Origin: an uncultured Gemmatimonadales bacterium
GTDB lineage: Bacteria; Gemmatimonadota; Gemmatimonadetes; Gemmatimonadales; GWC2-71-9
Length of the DNA: 64,000 nt
Assembly (NCBI GenBank): GCA_963771275.1
Contig: CAVYSW010000010.1
Location: 736,001 to 800,000, forward strand
Reading direction: 5' to 3'
Every line of letters begins with the position of its first letter. Positions within the stretch are counted from its first letter, which is position 1. A program made the translations under genes and the position numbers. Below the pieces are notes generated by a model that did not search any database, was not told the DNA's origin, and was given only the letters and a program-made list of their open reading frames with translations. Positions 10,847-21,282 of the stretch are shown one piece after another.

Positions 10847-11968
10847 TCACCCATCCAGCAGCGTGTGCAGCGGCCGCGCCGCGGTCCCGACCGCGGCGGC
10901 CAACTGCTCATTGATGGCCTCGCCGCGGTAGAGATAGACCCCGGCGGCCAGCCCGGGGTCGGCGCGCAGCGCGACCTCCGTCCCTTGATCCGCCAGCGCG
11001 CGCACCGGGGCGAGCACGACGTCGGACAGCGCGCGGGAGGCCGTGCGGGCGATGTTGGCGGTCATGTTCGGCACGCAGTAGTGCACGACGTCGTGCATGA
11101 TGAAGACGGGGTCGTGCAGCGTCGTCGGCCGGCTGGTTTCGACGCAGCCGCCCTGATCGATCGACACGTCGATGATCACGCTGCCCGCCCGCATCGCGCG
11201 AACCATGTCTTCGGTGATCAGCAGAGGCGACCGCGCGCCGGGAATCAGGATGGCGCCGATCACGACGTCGGCGATCGCGGTGTAGCGCGCCAGCCGGTCG
11301 GGCGTCGCCAGCTGTGTCACGATCTGGTTGCCGTAGGTGCGGCTCACGGCGCGCAGTCGGCCGAGATCATCGTCGAGCACGATCACGTGGGCCCCGACCG
11401 CCAGGGCCCGGCCGGCGGCGCTGCGGCCGACCGCTCCGGCACCGAGCACGAGCACGGTCGTGGGGGTGATCCCCGGCACCTGGCCGAGCAGGATGCCGCG
11501 GCCTCCCTCCTCGTTCTGCAGGTAGTTGGCGGCGACGAACACGGCCATCTCCCCGGCCATCTCGCTCATCGTGGTGAGAATCGTCCGCCGCCCGCGGCTG
11601 TCCTGCACCAGCTCGTACCCGATCGCCGTGACGGCGAGCGCGCGCAGCTGCTCGACGGCGGCCCGCGGCGCGACCACGAGGTGGTGGAATCCGCACAGCA
11701 CGAGTCCCGGCTTGAGCAGGTCGAGCCCGTCGCCCGCCAGCGGGCTCACTCCGCACACGAGGTCGGCGCGCTTGTAGGCTTCCTCGTGGCTGTAGACGAT
11801 CTTGCCGCCCGCCTCCTCATACTCCCGGTCGCTGAACCGCGCGCCCCGTCCCGCGTCCTTCTCGACGACGATCGCATGGCCCCCGCGCACGAGCTGCTCC
11901 ACCGCCCAGGGCGTGAGCCCCACGCGTCGCTCGTGGAGACCCGCCTCCCGCGGCACTCCGATGTTCAT
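10847..11968 (-). CDS. ald: Alanine dehydrogenase family protein (divergent)
   Basis: 373 aa; IGVPRE...ERRVGLTP, MSEMAG, GAGAVG, DVSIDQGGCVETSRPTT, HYCVPNM; the usual KVKEP motif is absent. Confidence 0.8.
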   Translation of the reverse strand: MNIGVPREAGLHERRVGLTPWAVEQLVRGGHAIVVEKDAGRGARFSDREYEEAGGKIVYSHEEAYKRADLVCGVSPLAGDGLDLLKPGLVLCGFHHLVVAPRAAVEQLRALAVTAIGYELVQDSRGRRTILTTMSEMAGEMAVFVAANYLQNEEGGRGILLGQVPGITPTTVLVLGAGAVGRSAAGRALAVGAHVIVLDDDLGRLRAVSRTYGNQIVTQLATPDRLARYTAIADVVIGAILIPGARSPLLITEDMVRAMRAGSVIIDVSIDQGGCVETSRPTTLHDPVFIMHDVVHYCVPNMTANIARTASRALSDVVLAPVRALADQGTEVALRADPGLAAGVYLYRGEAINEQLAAAVGTAARPLHTLLDG

Positions 11969-12011
11969 GCTGCCGTCTCCTCCGCGGCGCAGCGCGCCGC
12001 GCTACGAGCCC

Positions 12012-13448
12012 CTACGCGGTGGCCGGCGCCATTGCCTGACGGAACGCCCGGCCGCCCCACGCGAACGCCTCCTCGTTGAGCGGCAGCAGGGCGCAGTCGC
12101 TCTTCAGCGTTTCCCGCAGGGTCGTGAGGAAGCTCTCCTCCGGAAACAGCCGGGTCGCGGCCTGGAAAGCCCCGAGTGCCACGATGTTCTTGACCCGCGC
12201 GGCGCCGAGGTCCAGGGCGATCTGCGTAAAGGGAATCCCCGTGACCTGCACGCCGTCGGCGAGCACCGGGGTCTCCGGGATCACCGTGCTGTCGTACAGG
12301 ATCACCCCGCCGGGCCGCACGTGTGGTCCGAACTTCGCCAGGCTCTCGCCGTTGAACACCACGAGCACGTGCGGGTCCGGCGCCGCCGGGGAAACCACGT
12401 CGCCCGTCGCGACGTGGACGTCGGCGTAGGACGTGCCGCCGCGCGACTCCGGGCCGTAGCTCGGGATGTACGTCGAATCGAACCCCTCGTGGATCGCCAC
12501 CTTGGTCGTGAGCGAGGCGATCGTCTGCGCGCCATCCCCCCCGGCGCCGGCGAACTTGATCGCGATGTCATCCGGGTCGAGGTGGGAGGGAAACCCGCTG
12601 CCGAAGCGCGGGGCCGGCTCCGCGCTCGCGCCGATGGCCTCGAGCACGGCCTCGGGCTCGTAGACCGGGCTCCCCAGATCGAACCATGGCTCGACGGTCA
12701 CGTCCTTCTTCACCCCGAGGGGAAAGACCGGGAGCATCTGCTCCTTGACCCACTGCTCGGCCTCCAACGGGGTGAGGCGCAGGTGGGTGGGGCACTCGGA
12801 CAGGACCTCGACGAACGCGAGCCCACGGTTCTCGACCTGCAGGCGCAGGGCCTTCTTGATCGCCTCGGCCGCGCGGTGGCGCTGCTTGTTGTCGAACAGC
12901 GCCACCCGCTCGACGTAGACCGGGCCGTCCATCTGCGCCACGATCTCCGCCATGCGGAGCGGCATGCCGGTCACGCGCGACCGTCCCTCCGGCGTGGTGG
13001 TGGTCTTCTGACCGAGAAGCGACGTGGGCGCCATCTGGCCGCCCGTCATGCCGTAGATCGCGTTGTTGATGAAGATGACGCTGAGCGGCAGCCCGAGCTG
13101 CACTGCCTGCATGATCTCGGCGAGCCCGATCGACGCCAGGTCCCCGTCGCCCTGGTAGCTCACCACGATCGCATCGGGGTTGGCCATCTTGTGCCCGAGG
13201 GCGACCGCCGGGGCCCGTCCGTGCGCCGCCTGGGTGTTGCCCACGTCGAGGTAGTAGTACAGAAACACGGCACAGCCGACCGGCGAGACTGCGACGGTGC
13301 GGTCCTGGATGCCAAGCTGCTCGATGGCATCCGCCAGGTACTTGTGCGCCAGGCCGTGCCCGCAGCCCGCGCAGTAGTGGGTCGACAGGCCCTTGAGACC
13401 TTCGCCGTGGGCGTGGCGCTCGAAGCGCGAATAGAACACGTTATCCAT
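12012..13448 (-). CDS. 2-oxoacid:ferredoxin oxidoreductase, fused beta (TPP-binding) + gamma subunits (VOR-like)
   Basis: 478 aa; HYCAGCGHG, YQGDGDLASIG...NNAIYGMTGGQ TPP motif, then gamma-type AGAGGDGAQ and PSYGPESRGG. Confidence 0.9.
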   Translation of the reverse strand: MDNVFYSRFERHAHGEGLKGLSTHYCAGCGHGLAHKYLADAIEQLGIQDRTVAVSPVGCAVFLYYYLDVGNTQAAHGRAPAVALGHKMANPDAIVVSYQGDGDLASIGLAEIMQAVQLGLPLSVIFINNAIYGMTGGQMAPTSLLGQKTTTTPEGRSRVTGMPLRMAEIVAQMDGPVYVERVALFDNKQRHRAAEAIKKALRLQVENRGLAFVEVLSECPTHLRLTPLEAEQWVKEQMLPVFPLGVKKDVTVEPWFDLGSPVYEPEAVLEAIGASAEPAPRFGSGFPSHLDPDDIAIKFAGAGGDGAQTIASLTTKVAIHEGFDSTYIPSYGPESRGGTSYADVHVATGDVVSPAAPDPHVLVVFNGESLAKFGPHVRPGGVILYDSTVIPETPVLADGVQVTGIPFTQIALDLGAARVKNIVALGAFQAATRLFPEESFLTTLRETLKSDCALLPLNEEAFAWGGRAFRQAMAPATA

Positions 13449-14856
13449 GGTGGACCTCCAGCAGCGCCGTCAGACGGTCCATGATCTCCCCGTGCAGCGG
13501 CAGCATGCCGCCGTGGCGCCGCACATGATGGATCGGCGGGGGCGCGACCCCCGCGTGACTGAGCGCCAGCCGCAGCTCGTCTTCCAGCTGCCCCGGCCCC
13601 GCCTCGACCACCACGATCCCGCGCAGCCGCCCGGCCAGCCCCGCGAGCGCGTCAACCGGGAACGGCCACAGGGTGATCGGCCGGAACAGGCCGACGCGGT
13701 GACCGGCCTCGCGCGCGGCCTGTACCGCGCCGCGCGCCGTGCGCGCCGGCGTGTTGCAGGCGACGACCAGCCACTCGGCATCCTCGCACCGGAAGCACTC
13801 GGCACGCTGCTGCTCCGCGGCGATCCGGGCGTACTTGGCGTTGAGCCGCTGGTTGTGCGCCTCCAGGTCCGGCTCGGACAGCATGATCGACGTCACCACG
13901 TTGCCGCGGTGCGCCGCATCGCCCGACACCGCCCACGCGGGGAGGCCGGGCTCCACCAGATACTGCGGCAGGCTCACCCGCCCCGTTACCTGGCCGAGGT
14001 AGCCGTCGCCCACGATCACGACCGGGTTACGGTAGCGGAACGCCAGGTCGAACGCCTCCATCGTGAGATCGAGCATCTCCTGCGGGGTCGCCGGCGCGAT
14101 CACGATGGCGTGGGTGTTGCCGTGCCCCAATCCGCGGCAGACCAGCTTGATATCGCCCTGCTCCGGCCCGATGTTGCCGAGCCCGGGGCCGCCCCGCATC
14201 ACGTTGACGAACACCCCCGGCAGCTCTGCGCCGATCATGTACGAGATCCCCTCGAGCATGAGGCTGAAGCCCGGCGACGACGTGAACGTCATGCAGCGCC
14301 GACCCGCGCCGCCACAGCCATACAGCATGTTGACCGTCGCGACCTCGCTCACGGCCTGCAGGAACACACCGCTCAGCCGGGGCAGCACCTTCGCCATCAG
14401 CTCGGCGCCTTCGGTCGAGGGCGTGATCGGATAGCCGAAGAAGTGCCGGCAACCGGCCAGCAGCGCGCCGAGCGCGGCGGCGTGATTCCCCTTGAGGATC
14501 ATCGGCTCCCGGGCCGGCAGCGGCACCCGCCGGTCCGGAATGTCGGCGGGCTTCGGGCGCCCGTCGGGGCGCGGCCCGAAGTACGTGAACGGGTCGGAGA
14601 CGACCATGTCCACGCCCTCGACGGCGAGCGGCTTCGCCATCAGGCCGTACGGCTCCGGGCAGGCGTCGAAGCACAACCCGCACCCGTTGCACACGTCCTC
14701 GTGCACGACGACGGGGGTGAGCCCGGTCACCGGATCGATCTGCGTTCCGAACTCGATGCAGTGCTTGGGGCACGCCTCGATACAGCGGCCGCACGCCTTG
14801 CACAGCTGCGGGAACAGGAACGGCTTGGGTCGCACCTTCTTCTCGGTCGTTACCAT
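13441..14856 (-). CDS. 2-oxoacid:ferredoxin oxidoreductase, fused delta (2x[4Fe-4S]) + alpha subunits
   Basis: ATG at 14856 (MVTTEKK...); CKACGRCIEACP and CNGCGLCFDACP; GYPITPSTE, TSSPGFSLM, MRGGPGLG; overlaps both neighbours. Confidence 0.9.
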   Translation of the reverse strand: MVTTEKKVRPKPFLFPQLCKACGRCIEACPKHCIEFGTQIDPVTGLTPVVVHEDVCNGCGLCFDACPEPYGLMAKPLAVEGVDMVVSDPFTYFGPRPDGRPKPADIPDRRVPLPAREPMILKGNHAAALGALLAGCRHFFGYPITPSTEGAELMAKVLPRLSGVFLQAVSEVATVNMLYGCGGAGRRCMTFTSSPGFSLMLEGISYMIGAELPGVFVNVMRGGPGLGNIGPEQGDIKLVCRGLGHGNTHAIVIAPATPQEMLDLTMEAFDLAFRYRNPVVIVGDGYLGQVTGRVSLPQYLVEPGLPAWAVSGDAAHRGNVVTSIMLSEPDLEAHNQRLNAKYARIAAEQQRAECFRCEDAEWLVVACNTPARTARGAVQAAREAGHRVGLFRPITLWPFPVDALAGLAGRLRGIVVVEAGPGQLEDELRLALSHAGVAPPPIHHVRRHGGMLPLHGEIMDRLTALLEVHHG

Positions 14857-17171
14857 GCGTTGCCACCGCGGTTCATGGTTTCGGATGCGGCAACCGGGAG
14901 GTCCGGCCCGACCGGACCCTCCCGGCGGCGCGCGCGCATCGCCCGGCAGAACACGCCGAACGCGCGGAGCGCGCGGTCCATCGCGCGGAACGTGGGGATC
15001 CGCGCCTGTTCGAGCAGCGCCGCGAACGCGTCGTAGCGCGCCCCGGCGTCCACCACGACAATCCACGACTTGCGGCCCGTCTGCCGCAGCCGGCCGAGCC
15101 GGTGGGCGAGGGCGGCGGGATCGGCGAGGTTCTCCGCGTGCCCCGCGCCGGGCGGCAGCGTCTGCAGGGCGCCGGTTAGCGGCACGCAGCCGACCACGGC
15201 GACGTCCACCCCGTCGTCCCCCAGCAGCGCGGCGACGCAGTCCGCAAAGGCGGCGTCGCCCATCATCGGCGTCAGATCGAGCGGCTGCCGGACGTCCACC
15301 ACCTCGCTCAACCCCACCCCGGTCAGCACGCCCTCGAGTCGGCCCACCGTGGACGCGCCCAGGCGCGCGAGCGCAAACGGCGCGAGGTTGTCCGCCAGCG
15401 CCACGCACTCGAACCCCGCGTTGCTCACCGCCGCCAGCCGCATCCCGGCCGGGCGCCGCTCGCCGAGCAGCGCGAACAGCCGGAGGAAGTCGTCGAACGC
15501 CTCCAGCGACTCGGCCACGACCACACCCGCCTCCCGGGCGAGCTCGCGCGTGACGACGTAGTCGCCCGCGATCGCCGCCGTGTGCGATGCGCCGGCCGCC
15601 ACGCCGGCCGGCGTGCGCGCCCCGCGGTACAGCAGCACCTGACGCCCGCTGCGGACGATGGCGGCCGCGGCCGCGAGCCAGCGCCGCCCGTCGAGCGGGC
15701 GGAACCCCTCGATGTAGCAGGCGAACAGCTCGACGGCAGGATCGCCCTCGAGGTAGGTCAGGTAGTCGCCGACGGTGAGGTCGGTCTGGTTGCCCACGGA
15801 CACCAGATACCGCGGGTCGAGGCCGGCGAGCTTGCTCCAGCGCGCGATCGCGAACGCCCCGCTCTGCGCGATCAGAGCGATCGGCGCGACCGACACGCCC
15901 CGCGGCTGCAGCTTGTAGTCGGGGATGAACGTCGTGTCGTAGTGCCCCGGCGCCGAGCGCACACCCAGACAGTTCCCGCCGTTCAGGACCGGCCCACCCC
16001 ACGGCGTCGCCCGCGCGGCGGCGAGCGTCTCCCGCACGCGCGCCTCGAGCGACGCCGACCCCTCCCGCTCCCCCAGCCCGCCCGGGATCACGATGAGGCT
16101 CTCGGCCGCCCGGGCCGCGACCAGCTCGGCCACGAGGTCGGGCACGCGCGCCGCGGCGACCGCGAGCACGCAGAGATCCGCCGCCCAGGGAAGCGCGGCG
16201 ACCGAGCGGTGGCAGCGCACCCCGTCGATCTGCTCGGCGTGCGGATGCACGATGGCGATGTGCTCCGGCCGGAACCCCTCACGCAGCAGGTTGCCGAGAA
16301 TCCGCCGCCCGGCGTTCATGCCCTCCGCCGACACACCGACGAGGGCAACGCGCTCGGGCTCGAGCAGGTGACGGAGCTTGTGCACGGGTCGCGGCGGGAC
16401 CGCGTCCGTGCGATCGTGGCGCAGGGTGACGAGCACGTCGAGCGCGACCGGTCCGTCGGCGGCGAGCGCCAACGGGTTGATCTCCAGCTCCGCCACGCGG
16501 CGGCCCGGCGGCGTGGCTGCGAATGCGAGCAGCGATTCGAGCACGGCCGCCAACTGCTCGAGTGGGATCAGCGCGCGCCCGCCGCGTCCCAGCCCGCCGG
16601 CGATGCCGGTGACGGGGTGCTCGGCGAGCACCGCAGGAATCCGCTCCCGGGCAGTGAGTCCGTCGGCGATCACGGCGAGCTCGGTACCGGGCGTGAGGTG
16701 CCGTGCCAGCAGCTCCGCGTGGATGCCGCCCGGGCCCACCGTCACCACCGGACCGAAATCCGCGGTGTAGCGCAGCCCGACGAGCAGCTCCCCGCCGAGC
16801 GCGTCGGAATGCGGCACGTACTCGCTGAGGGTGAAACCGGCGATCGGGTAGCCGGCGAGACGCTGCGCCATGTCACCGACCGCGGCGGCGACACTTCCGG
16901 CGTCGCGCGGCACGACCATGACACCACCGACATCGGTTTTGTGAAGCAGGGCGGGAGACGCGACCTTGAGGACCACCCGATCACCGGGGAATGCCCCCAC
17001 GTCCACGCTGGTGATCGCGGCGGCATCGCGCACGAAGCGCTGGGCGGGAACCCGAATCCCGAGTGCGGCCACAAGCGCAAACCCCTCGGGCTCGAGCAAT
17101 GCGTCGCGCCCTTCGGCGCGCGCACGGTCGAGCAGAGCCGCTACCTGGACTTCGGTCGTGGCGCTCTCCAC
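14850..17171 (-). CDS. ADP-forming acyl-CoA synthetase (acetate--CoA ligase family), ATP-grasp domain N-terminal
   Basis: HKTDVGGV, DFGPVVTVGPGG, LEINPL (ATP-grasp part) then VALVGVS, GGNCLG, AQSGA, SHTAAIAG (phospho-His); probable GTG start 17171 after GAGG (ORF extends to 17213). Confidence 0.88.
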   Translation of the reverse strand: MESATTEVQVAALLDRARAEGRDALLEPEGFALVAALGIRVPAQRFVRDAAAITSVDVGAFPGDRVVLKVASPALLHKTDVGGVMVVPRDAGSVAAAVGDMAQRLAGYPIAGFTLSEYVPHSDALGGELLVGLRYTADFGPVVTVGPGGIHAELLARHLTPGTELAVIADGLTARERIPAVLAEHPVTGIAGGLGRGGRALIPLEQLAAVLESLLAFAATPPGRRVAELEINPLALAADGPVALDVLVTLRHDRTDAVPPRPVHKLRHLLEPERVALVGVSAEGMNAGRRILGNLLREGFRPEHIAIVHPHAEQIDGVRCHRSVAALPWAADLCVLAVAAARVPDLVAELVAARAAESLIVIPGGLGEREGSASLEARVRETLAAARATPWGGPVLNGGNCLGVRSAPGHYDTTFIPDYKLQPRGVSVAPIALIAQSGAFAIARWSKLAGLDPRYLVSVGNQTDLTVGDYLTYLEGDPAVELFACYIEGFRPLDGRRWLAAAAAIVRSGRQVLLYRGARTPAGVAAGASHTAAIAGDYVVTRELAREAGVVVAESLEAFDDFLRLFALLGERRPAGMRLAAVSNAGFECVALADNLAPFALARLGASTVGRLEGVLTGVGLSEVVDVRQPLDLTPMMGDAAFADCVAALLGDDGVDVAVVGCVPLTGALQTLPPGAGHAENLADPAALAHRLGRLRQTGRKSWIVVVDAGARYDAFAALLEQARIPTFRAMDRALRAFGVFCRAMRARRREGPVGPDLPVAASETMNRGGNAW

Positions 17172-17373
17172 GGAACCTCGTTGGCGAGGGCGGACCGCCG
17201 CCGCAGCGTGCATGGACTACCCAGACTGAAAACTGCCCCCTGGGCCGTAAGCCGTGGTTAAAGACGCGATTAAGGCCCCCTTAAGTGATGACTCGGTCCG
17301 AGGTTGCCACGTTACCGCTCGGGCTTCATCTTGCATGATCCTCCACCCTCTCGGGTCCCGTGAGCGAGGTCCC

Positions 17374-17877
17374 ATGGCGCTAGAACGTCCCGTCCTGCTG
17401 CTCGCCGCCCTCGGGCTGGCGGGTGGGTGTGTCACCACCCAGCCGTTCACGCAATCCGTGCGGAATGCCGGGTACGGGCCAGCCGCCCTCGCGCAGGCGC
17501 CGTTCGTCACCGAGGGAGAATTCGAGCTGTGGGCCGCGGCGGAGCAGATCGGCGTGTCCCCCCGCACGCCGGCGCGCTTCGTGGCGGCGCCGGACGATAC
17601 GACGCTCGTGGTCGCCGTCACGGCCAAGCTGCTGGACCTGGAGCTCACCTTCGTGCGGGCCCAGGGACGGACGGGCGACTACATGCTCCACGCCGTGAAC
17701 GGGCAGGCCCTCGACCAATCGATCACGATTGGCGGGATCGCCTACGAGTACCGCTCGTGCTACCTCGACGTCCGGTGGGACTGCGGAACGCCGATCCGTC
17801 CCGGGACCAAGAACGACACGGGTGTCACGCTGCTGGTGCGGCTGCCCAGGAGGCCGCGGTCATCCACTCCCGGCTGA
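17374..17877 (+). CDS. Hypothetical lipoprotein
   Basis: GAGG then ATG 17374; MALERPVLLLAALGLAGG-C lipobox; 167 aa. Confidence 0.65.
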   Translation: MALERPVLLLAALGLAGGCVTTQPFTQSVRNAGYGPAALAQAPFVTEGEFELWAAAEQIGVSPRTPARFVAAPDDTTLVVAVTAKLLDLELTFVRAQGRTGDYMLHAVNGQALDQSITIGGIAYEYRSCYLDVRWDCGTPIRPGTKNDTGVTLLVRLPRRPRSSTPG

Positions 17878-18765
17878 GCGGGCGGAGATCCGGAAGGGCA
17901 CGGGCGTCGCGAGGGCGCGCTCCAGGCGGGGCGTGACCAGGTAGTACAGCAGCCCGGCCACCACCGCCCCCACCACGACATCGATCGCGAAATGGCTCTG
18001 CCGGTAGACGGCGGAGACCATCACCCCCAGCGCCCCCAGCACGAACACGGTCGCCGGCGGCCGCGAGAGCCGCCGCAGGGCGAACAGCGCGGCGGTCACC
18101 GCCCCCACGACGTGCGAGCTGGGAAACGCCGTCCCCATCGAGTCGCCCGCGTGCGTCCCCGACGTCACCAGGCGGTAGAAGAACCCGCGCGTGAAGGGCC
18201 CCTGAAACTTGGCCATCGTATGGCTGGGCCCATCCACCGGGAACAGCGTGTACGAGACGTAGCAGGCCAGGTACGCGACGGCGAGGGCGAACACCAGCTC
18301 GGTCACCTGGTCGTCGCGCCGCGCGAGGAACAACACGAGCGGCGCGAGAAACACCAGGGGATAGTAGAGCCAGTAGGCCGCGTTCATGATCTCGCTGAGC
18401 CAGAGCCACGGCATCGCCGGGAGCCAGACCGCCTCGAGATGCACGCCGAACAGCCGCAGATCGGCCGCGGCGATGAGCGCATCATGCGTGGTCGCGTGGA
18501 AAGCATCGCGCACCAGGCCCATCTCGAGCCAGTAGATCGCGATCAGGGCGACGGGGTAGACCGCCCGCAGACCCACGCCGAACCGCGACGCGCGGGCCCC
18601 CATGGCGGACGTCAGCAGGACGAGCGCGATCACGAGGACGTGGGACGCGGCGAGCAGGCCGGCGTCGGGGTAGCGACCGAGGGCGGACGCCCACAGGGCG
18701 AGGAACCCGAGGTTGTAGACGATCAGCAGGCGATCCACGGGCCGGAGGAGCTCGCGCAGGGTCAT
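17860..18765 (-). CDS. PAP2-superfamily membrane phosphatase/phosphotransferase (AUR1/IPC-synthase-like)
   Basis: Multiple TM helices; [26 protein letters not shown] motifs; start MTLRELL at 18765. Confidence 0.8.
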   Translation of the reverse strand: MTLRELLRPVDRLLIVYNLGFLALWASALGRYPDAGLLAASHVLVIALVLLTSAMGARASRFGVGLRAVYPVALIAIYWLEMGLVRDAFHATTHDALIAAADLRLFGVHLEAVWLPAMPWLWLSEIMNAAYWLYYPLVFLAPLVLFLARRDDQVTELVFALAVAYLACYVSYTLFPVDGPSHTMAKFQGPFTRGFFYRLVTSGTHAGDSMGTAFPSSHVVGAVTAALFALRRLSRPPATVFVLGALGVMVSAVYRQSHFAIDVVVGAVVAGLLYYLVTPRLERALATPVPFRISARSAGSG

Positions 18766-18935
18766 GGCGCCGCGGCTCGCGGTGCTGCCGCGTCGGTCAG
18801 CGCGTTGAGGGCGTCGTTCATGGGCGTAACATACCCACGTCGTCCGCACGCGTCGGAGCCGGCGCCGACCATGGCCGGCGGCGCACAACGGCGCTATCGT
18901 GCTGGCCGGCTTCCGATCTCCGCAACGGAGGGTTC

Positions 18936-21251
18936 ATGCAACGCACCCGTCTCCCCCTGGCCGTCATCACCGCGTGTGCCCTGCTCTGGGCGTCCGGCCA
19001 TGCCCTGGCACAGGGCACGCTCGCGGACTATCAGCGCGCCGCCGGCCTGCGCGAGCGCTTCGATGGACTCGTGGTCGACGCGCCGGACGACGCGACGTGG
19101 GTCGGCGACACCCCACGATTCTGGTATCGGAAATCGGTGCTCGGCGGGTACGCGTTCGTGCTGGTGGACGCGGCCACACTGGTGAAGCAGCCGGCGTTCG
19201 ACCACGCGGCGCTGGCGGCGGCCCTCTCCACGGCCCGCGACACGAGCTACACCGACATCACGCTCCCCTTTACCACGATCGCGTTCGTGGATGGCGCGGG
19301 CGCGCTCCAGGTCACGATCGCGGACTCCCTCTGGCGGTGCACCCTCGTAGAGTATCGCTGCCGCAACACGGGAGCGGCGCCCCAACCTCGCCGGGGAGGC
19401 GGGCTCCCCCTCGGGCAGGAGCGGCCGCCGGAGCGGCAGGACCCGAAGCCGTCGCCGGACGGCAAGCTCGAGGCGTTGATCCGGAACTTCAACGTGTGGA
19501 TCCGGCCGGTGGGCTCGACGGCCGCGACCCGGTTGAGCACCGACGGGTCCGAGGGAAACGCCTACGCGTGGCGGTCGATCGAGTGGTCCCCGGACTCGAA
19601 GAAGCTGGCCGCGTACCGCGTGATCCCCGGCTACCGCCGGCTGGTGCACTATGTCGAGTCGTCCCCCGAAGATCAGGTGCAACCGAAATCCTACGAGCGG
19701 GTGTACGCCAAGCCCGGCGACGTGCTCGACGTTCAGCAGCCGGTCCTGTTCGACGTCGGAACCCTGCGGGAAATCGTGGTCGACGACAGCCTGTTCCCCA
19801 ACGCGTACCGCAACTCACCGCTCGTGTGGCGCGCGGACAGCCGCGCGTTCACGTTCGAGTACAACCAGCGCGGCCATCAGGTGTACCGCGTGATCGAGGT
19901 GGATGCCGCCACCGGCAGGGCGCGCGCCGTGGTCTCCGAGGAGCCGAAGACGTTCTTCTACTACACGGAGGCGAACGGCAACCAGCGCGACTCCGGGAAG
20001 AAGTTCCGGTTCGACGTGGACGACGGCCGGGAAGTGATCTGGATGTCCGAGCGGGACGGCTGGAACCACCTCTACCTGTACGACGGGGCCACCGGCCGGG
20101 TGAAGCGCCAGATCACCAAGGGTGCCTGGGTCGTGCGCGCGGTCGACTCGGTCGATGTCGAGCACCGCCAGATCTGGTTCCGGGCGGGCGGCATGAACCC
20201 GGACCAGGACCCCTACTTCACCCACTACTACCGGATCAACTTCGACGGCACGGGCCTCACGGCGTTCACGGAGGCCGACGGCGACCACGCGGTCAGCTAC
20301 TCGCCGGACCGGCAGTACTACGTCGACCGCTGGTCGCGCGTCGATCGCCCGCCCGTCGCGCAGCTGCGGCGCGTCAGCGACGGCGCGGTGCTCATGGAGC
20401 TCGAGCGCGGCGATGCCAGCCGGCTGCTGGCCGCCGGATGGCGCCCGCCCGAGGCCTTCGTGGCCAAGGGCCGCGACGGCACCACCGACATCTGGGGCAT
20501 CATCATCCGGCCCACGACCTTCGACTCGACCCGGTCGTACCCCGTGATCGAGAACATCTACGCCGGCCCACAGGGATCGTTCGTGCCCAAGACCTTCGCG
20601 GTGAGCTCGCCGATGCGGACCCAGGCGGAGCTGGGGTTCATCGTGGTCCAGATCGACGGCATGGGCACCAACAACCGCGCGAAGGCGTTTCACGACGTCG
20701 CGTGGCGTAATCTGGGGGACGCCGGGTTCCCGGACCGCATTCTGTGGCACAAGGCGGTCGCCGCGAAGTACCCGTACTACGACATCACGCGAGTGGGCAT
20801 CTACGGCACCTCGGCCGGCGGGCAGAACTCGCTCGGCGCGCTGCTGTTCCACCCCGAGTTCTACCGGGCGGCCGTGTCGGCGGCCGGGTGTCACGACAAT
20901 CGGATGGACAAGATCTGGTGGAACGAGCTGTGGATGGGCTGGCCGATCGGCCCGCAGTACGATTCGTCATCCAACGTCGTAAATGCGCACCGGCTGCAGG
21001 GGCAGCTGTTGCTCGTGGTTGGCGAGCTGGATACCAACGTGGACCCGTCGTCCACCATGCAGGTGGCCAACGCGCTGATCAAAGCCGGGAGAGACTTCGA
21101 TCTGCTCTATGTGCCGGGCGCGGGCCACGGCGCAGGCGGCGACTACGGCGAGCGCAAGCGGATGGACTTCTTCGTGCGGCACCTGCTGGGGGTCACGCCG
21201 CCGGACTGGAACGGCGGCGCGACGGTGGCCGCCGCGAACGGCGGGAACTAG
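18936..21251 (+). CDS. Secreted S9-family dipeptidyl peptidase IV-like protein
   Basis: 771 aa; signal peptide; [20 protein letters not shown] nucleophile, DTNVD, GAGH. Confidence 0.9.
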   Translation: MQRTRLPLAVITACALLWASGHALAQGTLADYQRAAGLRERFDGLVVDAPDDATWVGDTPRFWYRKSVLGGYAFVLVDAATLVKQPAFDHAALAAALSTARDTSYTDITLPFTTIAFVDGAGALQVTIADSLWRCTLVEYRCRNTGAAPQPRRGGGLPLGQERPPERQDPKPSPDGKLEALIRNFNVWIRPVGSTAATRLSTDGSEGNAYAWRSIEWSPDSKKLAAYRVIPGYRRLVHYVESSPEDQVQPKSYERVYAKPGDVLDVQQPVLFDVGTLREIVVDDSLFPNAYRNSPLVWRADSRAFTFEYNQRGHQVYRVIEVDAATGRARAVVSEEPKTFFYYTEANGNQRDSGKKFRFDVDDGREVIWMSERDGWNHLYLYDGATGRVKRQITKGAWVVRAVDSVDVEHRQIWFRAGGMNPDQDPYFTHYYRINFDGTGLTAFTEADGDHAVSYSPDRQYYVDRWSRVDRPPVAQLRRVSDGAVLMELERGDASRLLAAGWRPPEAFVAKGRDGTTDIWGIIIRPTTFDSTRSYPVIENIYAGPQGSFVPKTFAVSSPMRTQAELGFIVVQIDGMGTNNRAKAFHDVAWRNLGDAGFPDRILWHKAVAAKYPYYDITRVGIYGTSAGGQNSLGALLFHPEFYRAAVSAAGCHDNRMDKIWWNELWMGWPIGPQYDSSSNVVNAHRLQGQLLLVVGELDTNVDPSSTMQVANALIKAGRDFDLLYVPGAGHGAGGDYGERKRMDFFVRHLLGVTPPDWNGGATVAAANGGN

Positions 21252-21275
21252 GCGGGCGGCGCGGCGCCGCCCGCC
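21251..21275. terminator. GC-rich hairpin between convergent genes
   Basis: GGCGGGCGGCG-CGG-CGCCGCCCGCC perfect 11-bp stem; no U-tract. Confidence 0.5.
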
Positions 21276-21282
21276 CGCGCCG

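Noticed and set aside
14857..16002. 853-aa ORF 13441..16002 as the full oxidoreductase alpha chain
   Set aside because: The N-terminal part overlaps the ACD gene in another frame and is Arg/Gly-rich noise; the real start is ATG 14856
17172..17373. Rex site upstream of the fermentation operon
   Set aside because: No match to TTGTGAA-N4-TTCACAA found by eye
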